From sequence record NZ_CP072215.1: 64,000 bases of DNA; one strand, 5' to 3'. A program made the translations under genes and the position numbers. Positions 58,911 through 64,000 of this stretch are shown here, piece by piece. Below the pieces are notes generated by a model that made no database searches, was not told the DNA's origin, and saw only the letters and a list, made by a program, of their open reading frames with translations. The first letter of the stretch is position 1; every line of letters starts with the position of its first letter. The DNA is from a plasmid.

Positions 58911-59489
58911 TTAGTAGAGCAGTATCTTTATTCCTACGTTCCAGACAGTGTTCCACTTGTCAATGGATAGGGGATTCCAATGTTGTTGTATGCGGGCAAG
59001 CAATGCCGTTCGGGGCAGGATGAATACTTCCAGTTCCGTTTCCAGTTTCGGGCCGATGATGAAGTTGTATTCCTTATCGGGGTGGCGGACGTATTCTGTA
59101 CCGATGAATCCTCCCAGGCCGATGCCCCAGTAAACGGATTTCAGGTTGCAGGCCAGGGTTCTGTAATAACCGCCGTCCACAAAAAAGTCCTTACCCTTGT
59201 CATGTATCGTTTCGGGAATCGTTTCTTCCGGGTTCAAGGTAGAGACTTGCGGTAGGTTGGCTGTATATTCGTAAGGTTTCTCAAAATAGCTAAACCCGGC
59301 TTTCCAATAGCTTGTCCGGTTGATGTATCTGGAAAAGGACAGGTTGTAATAGTTGCCTGCATTGCCGAACAGGTTAGTGCCGTAGTTCAATTCAAGTGCC
59401 GGGATGTTCTCATAATGGCGTTGCGCAAAAGCGCTTACGGTGCATAACAGCAGGCTAAGGCTGATAGCAGTCAGTCTGATGTGTTCCAT
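58911..59489 (-). CDS. Secreted/outer-membrane beta-rich protein
   Basis: Signal peptide, aromatic-rich sequence and a C-terminal ...LLY. Confidence 0.4.
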   Translation of the reverse strand: MEHIRLTAISLSLLLCTVSAFAQRHYENIPALELNYGTNLFGNAGNYYNLSFSRYINRTSYWKAGFSYFEKPYEYTANLPQVSTLNPEETIPETIHDKGKDFFVDGGYYRTLACNLKSVYWGIGLGGFIGTEYVRHPDKEYNFIIGPKLETELEVFILPRTALLARIQQHWNPLSIDKWNTVWNVGIKILLY

Positions 59490-59798
59490 GGGAATTACTC
59501 TTTAGGTTATTAATGTTATATATTTTTCTATTTGTCTCATACGGTGTTTCCAATTTACGCGGATTCCTGTCGGCAGAACCGAATCAAGGTGCTTATCGCG
59601 TTGTTTTCGCTCCAAACATATAGATTATATACGGGAGGACAAATTTTATGAAGGGCTTTTAAAGGGCCTTTCGTGTTTATTTAATGTGCATTAAAAAATA
59701 CATGTGCCGTAAACCGGCAGGTGTGGAATAATTCTACAGAAAAAAGCCGGATAGGATTAGTTGTGTAAAACTGTCCTGCCCGGCTTATAGGGTTTGGT

Positions 59799-60488
59799 TT
59801 ATATGCGCTTTCGGATGTTGCTCAATGCTTGTGGCGTGATGCCGATATAACTTGCTATGTCTTTTAAGGGTATTGAACGTAACAGCCATTTTTCATTGGC
59901 CAAAAGCGCTTTGTAACGCGCTTCGGCATCCAGTGTGTAAAACTCCTCTTCCCTTATTATTTTGCGGTTGATGGATCTTACCAAATGTATTCTGGCCAGC
60001 TTGTTGAAATTGATGGATAACTCATATAGCTGATGAAGATCTTTTTTGGGCAATCTCCAGATCTTGCATGGCTCCAATGCCTTGATATTGTAGTGGGCAT
60101 GGTGTTCTTCATGTGAAAGGAAAAAATTGATGAACTCTTTGGCTTGGATAAACCGTGCTGAAATCTCTCTATTCTCTTTGTCCGGAAACCATAACCGGAC
60201 GATGCCGGATTCCAGATAATAGAGGTAGCATACTTCCTCGCCCCTGGTGACGAGGTGTTCTCCCTTTTTGATATGGATAAGCTCGAAATGAGCATCAAGA
60301 TACGCCTTTTCTTCGTCTGTCATCCGCACGTGAAGATGGGCGCCCATTACCATGAGCGTCTCATCTATCAGGGTGGCAATTGTTTGAACCATTGAATTTG
60401 TTTTATGTTTATATAAGGGTACGGAAACGTACCCTCTAACATGGACGTGGCGTTCCAACAACAAAGGCACGCCCCGTACCAGTTTCAT
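59799..60488 (-). CDS. Crp/Fnr-family transcriptional regulator
   Basis: cNMP-binding-like domain plus a C-terminal HTH (IASYIGITPQALSNIRKRI). Confidence 0.7.
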   Translation of the reverse strand: MKLVRGVPLLLERHVHVRGYVSVPLYKHKTNSMVQTIATLIDETLMVMGAHLHVRMTDEEKAYLDAHFELIHIKKGEHLVTRGEEVCYLYYLESGIVRLWFPDKENREISARFIQAKEFINFFLSHEEHHAHYNIKALEPCKIWRLPKKDLHQLYELSINFNKLARIHLVRSINRKIIREEEFYTLDAEARYKALLANEKWLLRSIPLKDIASYIGITPQALSNIRKRI

Positions 60489-60636
60489 ACTGGTACAGGC
60501 ATGCGCCTGTTGTTGTTAATTCCTTAACGATAGATGCCACTCTTTTGTTAGACAGACGGACGTATGTAAAAAGCGGGCTGCCAATTTTCTGACAATCCGC
60601 TGCAAAGATACTATTTTATGGTTTTTGTTCCAACTT

Positions 60637-61767
60637 TTAGGGATTTAAGTTGACGGCAAGGTCTTCTGGACGAATGCCTACTACCTTTATATAGATATCC
60701 CGGTAGATGTTCTCCTTAATCTCCTTGTCCTCTTCAGAATAAAGCCATGCGGTAAATTCATGATAATATTCGCCGGTTCCCAATTTAAAGAAATCCTTAT
60801 ATTGATAATGTCTGCTCACGGGAATGCCTTTCTTGTTTAACAAGAAGCATGATTTAAGCGCATCGTGATATTGCGAGGTCAGTATCGCCTTTATCTTTTC
60901 GTCGAAATATTCCAATGTTTCCTGGTCAAAGAAAAACTGTACGGTGTAGGGCCACTTCTCCCCTTTTCCTTTGATGTACTGGTATTGGAATTTGGTTCTC
61001 TCCAGCTTTTTGTTGATACCGTTTAAGATGCTGGTCACCTTCTTCTTCCGGTCATGGTTGTCCTTTACCGTTACATCAAATTCCTTGGCAAGTTGGTCAA
61101 CCGTAACGGTGAAATAAGGTGCTTGTCCTTGGTCAATCTTATACTTGATCAGGTAAATCATTTTCGCCAGGTTCAGATAAAACTTGCGGTAGCCTTTGCG
61201 GTTGGGCAGGTTACGGTAGTCTTTCAGTTCCAGCAGATTGTATTCGGTAAGCAAAGTATTCATCAGATCTTTGCTCAGATGCACGTTGTAATTCCGCTTG
61301 GTGCGCTTTTTCGTGCCGAAGTTATCCTTTATCTCAAAGCGGTCCAGTATTTGAATGAACTTATATTGCGTCTTGCCGTTCATGGCGTATGCTACACTGA
61401 GGTTGGATGTCCCTAAACGGTATAACGCCGCTTCAAAGGTGTTCTCTATCGGATGCTCTATCTTTTGGCCGTTCTGTTCGGTGATATATACCGGACGTTG
61501 GTTGCTGAACAGGAAATCAAGCTGCTTCTCGGTCAGTTTTCGTTGCAACTTGGTTCGTTCATACCCCATGACCTCACAAAAATCGTTGATGGAGAACCAG
61601 CAGTCGCCGAACAGATCTTTCATTTGTGAAGATGCCACGTAAATGATAATGTCAGACATGACAGTGCCGCCTGCATCAAATAGAACTTCCAATACTTTCG
61701 TGTTGGAAGACTCGCTGAGAGTCCTGGGGACTCTGCTCAACTCTTTTTGTGTATTACTTTCCTTCAT
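60637..61767 (-). CDS. Iteron-associated protein (putative replication-initiator/DNA-binding protein), paralog of 18439-19647
   Basis: 376 aa with an N-terminal half similar to the 402-aa protein. The iteron array lies immediately upstream of its start. Confidence 0.4.
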   Translation of the reverse strand: MKESNTQKELSRVPRTLSESSNTKVLEVLFDAGGTVMSDIIIYVASSQMKDLFGDCWFSINDFCEVMGYERTKLQRKLTEKQLDFLFSNQRPVYITEQNGQKIEHPIENTFEAALYRLGTSNLSVAYAMNGKTQYKFIQILDRFEIKDNFGTKKRTKRNYNVHLSKDLMNTLLTEYNLLELKDYRNLPNRKGYRKFYLNLAKMIYLIKYKIDQGQAPYFTVTVDQLAKEFDVTVKDNHDRKKKVTSILNGINKKLERTKFQYQYIKGKGEKWPYTVQFFFDQETLEYFDEKIKAILTSQYHDALKSCFLLNKKGIPVSRHYQYKDFFKLGTGEYYHEFTAWLYSEEDKEIKENIYRDIYIKVVGIRPEDLAVNLNP

Positions 61768-61869
61768 AGGCGGACACTTGTTGTTTACTGATGCAAAGAT
61801 ACGTTTTTTTACGGAGATAGTGAATCTAACTCCCTATAAATGAAGATTCCAAAGCATTTTTTTCGTGCT

Positions 61870-62365
61870 GTTTCTTGATTTAGTTGTGTAAAAGTGTCCC
61901 GACTACGGCTGTTTCCGATCCCCCAGTTGTGTAAAAGTGTCCCGAATGGCCGGTTTAGTTGTGCAGAAGTGTCCCGGATTCCTGATTTAGTTGTGTAAAA
62001 GTGTCCCGAATGCAGATTCTAGTTGTGTAAAAGTATCCCGACTTTCCTGTTCAGTTGTGCAGAAGTGTCCCGAATAGTCGGTTAGTTGTGCAGAAGTGTC
62101 CCGGTTACGAGAAGATGCCAGTAAGTGCTAACTTGCAATAATATAGTTGATTATACGGAAAACCTCCCTTATTAGTTGTGTAAAAGTGTCCCACAAATAC
62201 TTAAATCCCTAAAAACCTAAATAAAACGAAGAAATGATTTTGTTACCGTATTCTTACTTTCGGAAAAAATTTTGAGGTGGAAACAAGTAGAGGTTTGAAT
62301 TCTTTAACATATTGTCCAGGATAATAGGCAAAGGGATTTTTCCGCAGTTGTGTAAAAGTGTCCCG
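61870..62365. repeat. Iteron array: 9 copies of AGTTGTGYARAAGTGTCCCG, the first seven at roughly 30-35 bp spacing
   Basis: Copies at approx 61880, 61925, 61960, 61992, 62024, 62056, 62086, 62174 and 62345. An AT-rich segment lies at 62110-62160. Confidence 0.85.
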
Positions 62366-62459
62366 GTTCAATGCCGGCCTTCACTAAAACGGTGTGCAAA
62401 AATAACGCCTGCCCGACGGATGCAGTCGAACAGGCGTATATATTTTTCCGAAAGTAGAA

Positions 62460-62942
62460 TCAGATGCTCATATACTTCTTCAGTATCGCTTGAATCTCCT
62501 TGTTATGGCTGGTCAATATGTCTTCAAGAATGTTGTTTGCGATGTTGTGCATTCCTAATCCAGTGGCCATAGCAATCTGCTTCAGCTTTCTGTGGGTTTC
62601 GCTGGATATCCGGATTACTTCGGTGTTCTTTAATTTTCGCTCTTCCAGATATTCCGAGAATTTTTTTCCGCAGACTTTGCTTTCTTCTGTTTTTGGAGAA
62701 GACTGCACGGAAGGTTTGGATTCCGGCTTTTCCATTTGTTCCGGCTGAGGTTCTTGGACGGTTTCTTTGACTGGAGCCGATTCTTTCACCTCTTCATGGA
62801 TGGGGTGCTCAATCGCAGGTTGGGGGATAGTGCTTTCCGCAACACTTCCGATCTGCTGGATTTCCTGCTCTTTCTTACTGGCGCTTTGCAGCAAGAGTTT
62901 TCTCATGGCGGCTGATGATGTCCTTTCTTTGTTGGTTGCCAT
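62460..62942 (-). CDS. traB: TraB-like protein (DUF3408-type, Pro/Glu-rich N-terminus)
   Basis: 160 aa, immediately downstream of the ParA-like traA. Confidence 0.5.
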   Translation of the reverse strand: MATNKERTSSAAMRKLLLQSASKKEQEIQQIGSVAESTIPQPAIEHPIHEEVKESAPVKETVQEPQPEQMEKPESKPSVQSSPKTEESKVCGKKFSEYLEERKLKNTEVIRISSETHRKLKQIAMATGLGMHNIANNILEDILTSHNKEIQAILKKYMSI

Positions 62943-62946
62943 AGCT

Positions 62947-63645
62947 TTATTCTCCTATATGGTTACAGATTAATTCCAATACCTCTTCACAGAAAGCATC
63001 ACAGGGATGATGGTACGCTTTACTCAGCGTACTTAAATTGCGTTGATAGTCAACCCTTGAATCCTTGATGTAGTTTTGCATCAACTCGAAAGGCAAGGTT
63101 TTTTTATTTTTCAAAATTTCTTTGAACTCCAGCACATTCGGAAGAACACGGTTCATAACACCACGCACGGTAGTCTTTTTACCAATCTTTCGACGGCTTT
63201 CGATAATCCCTTCATAGATGTTATAGTAAAAGGTCAATGTAGGTCTTAAATCGGTCTGGTTCGGTTCGAAGGGAATGATGATCACGTCAACGAAGTGCAG
63301 CGTTTCAACTACACCGTTTTGTTTCAGGTTACCCGGAAAATCGACAAGTATAATGTCGTAATTGTCCTGAAGGAAATCCAGTTGGTTGATGAACTCTGAG
63401 GAAGAGATATTGATAACCTCATATTCTTCTTCCTTTTTCATGATTCCGTCCTCGGCTTCGTCCTCACGTAATTTTCCGATAGTGTTCTGCATGTCGTCGA
63501 TATCCACCACGGCAATGGATAAGCCCCCCTCTTCGTTTGACTGCGAATGAATATAACCTGCAAACAAAGCTGTCAGCGTAGACTTCCCTACCCCGCCCTT
63601 GGGATTCTCAAAAGCTACGACTACTCCTGGTAATATTTGTCCCAT
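62947..63645 (-). CDS. traA: TraA, ParA-like ATPase of the conjugative element
   Basis: Deviant Walker A (NPKGGVGKSTL). Start set at the internal Met MGQILPG. Confidence 0.75.
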   Translation of the reverse strand: MGQILPGVVVAFENPKGGVGKSTLTALFAGYIHSQSNEEGGLSIAVVDIDDMQNTIGKLREDEAEDGIMKKEEEYEVINISSSEFINQLDFLQDNYDIILVDFPGNLKQNGVVETLHFVDVIIIPFEPNQTDLRPTLTFYYNIYEGIIESRRKIGKKTTVRGVMNRVLPNVLEFKEILKNKKTLPFELMQNYIKDSRVDYQRNLSTLSKAYHHPCDAFCEEVLELICNHIGE

Positions 63646-63699
63646 AATGTACGTTTTTAAGTATGTGCGCAAATATATAAATAATAAATTAAATAATTG

Positions 63700-64000
63700 C
63701 ATACTTTTATAATTAATTTATTATACACTTTTTTACTTAATTGTATAAGTAATTACATATATAAATATAAATATAAATATGTACATACTTAATCTTATAA
63801 TTAAGTATGTATGTTCATACTTTGTAATAATATAATTAGTAATTATGTATTTTGTAACTAATGGCTTTCCGTTCGCCTGTTACAATGTGCGTAGTTACTT
63901 TGTAACAAAGTGAGCGGTTAATCTGGATTAAGAAATCAAGACTTTTGTCTGGTTTTGTTTCACAGCTGAGTATTATTGTATATCTTTGCTAATGCAAGGT
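63700..64000. promoter_or_regulatory. AT-rich region with short inverted and direct repeats upstream of traA; candidate oriT and promoter region
   Basis: More than 80% AT with repeated TTGTAAC/GTTACAA motifs (GTAACTAATGG, GTTACAATGTGCGTAGTTACTTTGTAACAAAGTG). In CTnDOT-type elements oriT lies upstream of traA. Confidence 0.35.

Noticed and set aside
1-64000. CRISPR arrays, rRNA or tRNA genes
   Set aside because: No regularly spaced short direct repeats with unique spacers were seen. The only periodic repeats, the iterons, are imperfect and have no unique-spacer structure. No rRNA-like or cloverleaf tRNA sequences were recognised.

Overview
This window looks like Bacteroidales (Bacteroides/Parabacteroides-type) mobile DNA: low-GC fimbrial genes, CTnDOT-style tra genes, and PcfJ/PcfK and RhuM family proteins. 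The right third (about 44.7-64.0 kb, minus strand) is a fairly complete conjugative-element backbone, running from high to low coordinates. It holds an AT-rich candidate oriT, TraA (ParA-like), TraB, a 376-aa iteron-associated protein, a Crp/Fnr regulator, TraE, TraF, TraG (VirB4-like ATPase), TraH/I/J/K/M/N, a DUF3945-like protein, an ArdC-like zincin/antirestriction protein, SSB and a VirD4-type coupling protein. The middle (about 24.8-44.2 kb) is an accessory island of small plus-strand gene cassettes. Each cassette is preceded by a copy of a conserved structured non-coding element, roughly 0.7-1.0 kb long, present as three near-identical copies plus diverged or partial relatives. The cassettes carry a mazEF module, HU, a truncated N6-methyltransferase-like gene, a phosphoribosyltransferase plus SLOG/DUF1273 pair, an IS4-family insertion with a 9-bp target duplication, a DUF3791/DUF3990 pair, a hipBA module, duplicated ssb (one copy a pseudogene), PcfK/PcfJ and a toprim primase-like gene. 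The left part (0.5-24.5 kb) is a mosaic of older mobile-element debris and cargo. It holds an AAA ATPase, a membrane LuxR-type regulator divergent from an Mfa-like fimbrial operon, parA/RHH partition genes, two diverged RhuM paralogs in inverted orientation each beside a serine recombinase, and a two-radical-SAM plus MBL-hydrolase operon with a divergent AraC regulator. It also holds a MobA/MobB relaxase pair, IS1380 transposase fragments, histidine-kinase and aldo-keto-reductase fragments, a RadC/JAB protein, and a second iteron array next to a 402-aa paralog of the 376-aa protein. No rRNA, tRNA or CRISPR array was recognised. Three things stand out as possibly undescribed. The first is the repeated structured leader element that organises the accessory cassettes. 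The second is the pair of iteron arrays, each beside one of two paralogous genes. The third is a set of candidate conflict modules: the rSAM/rSAM/MBL operon, the PRTase-SLOG pair and a catalytically truncated methyltransferase-like gene.
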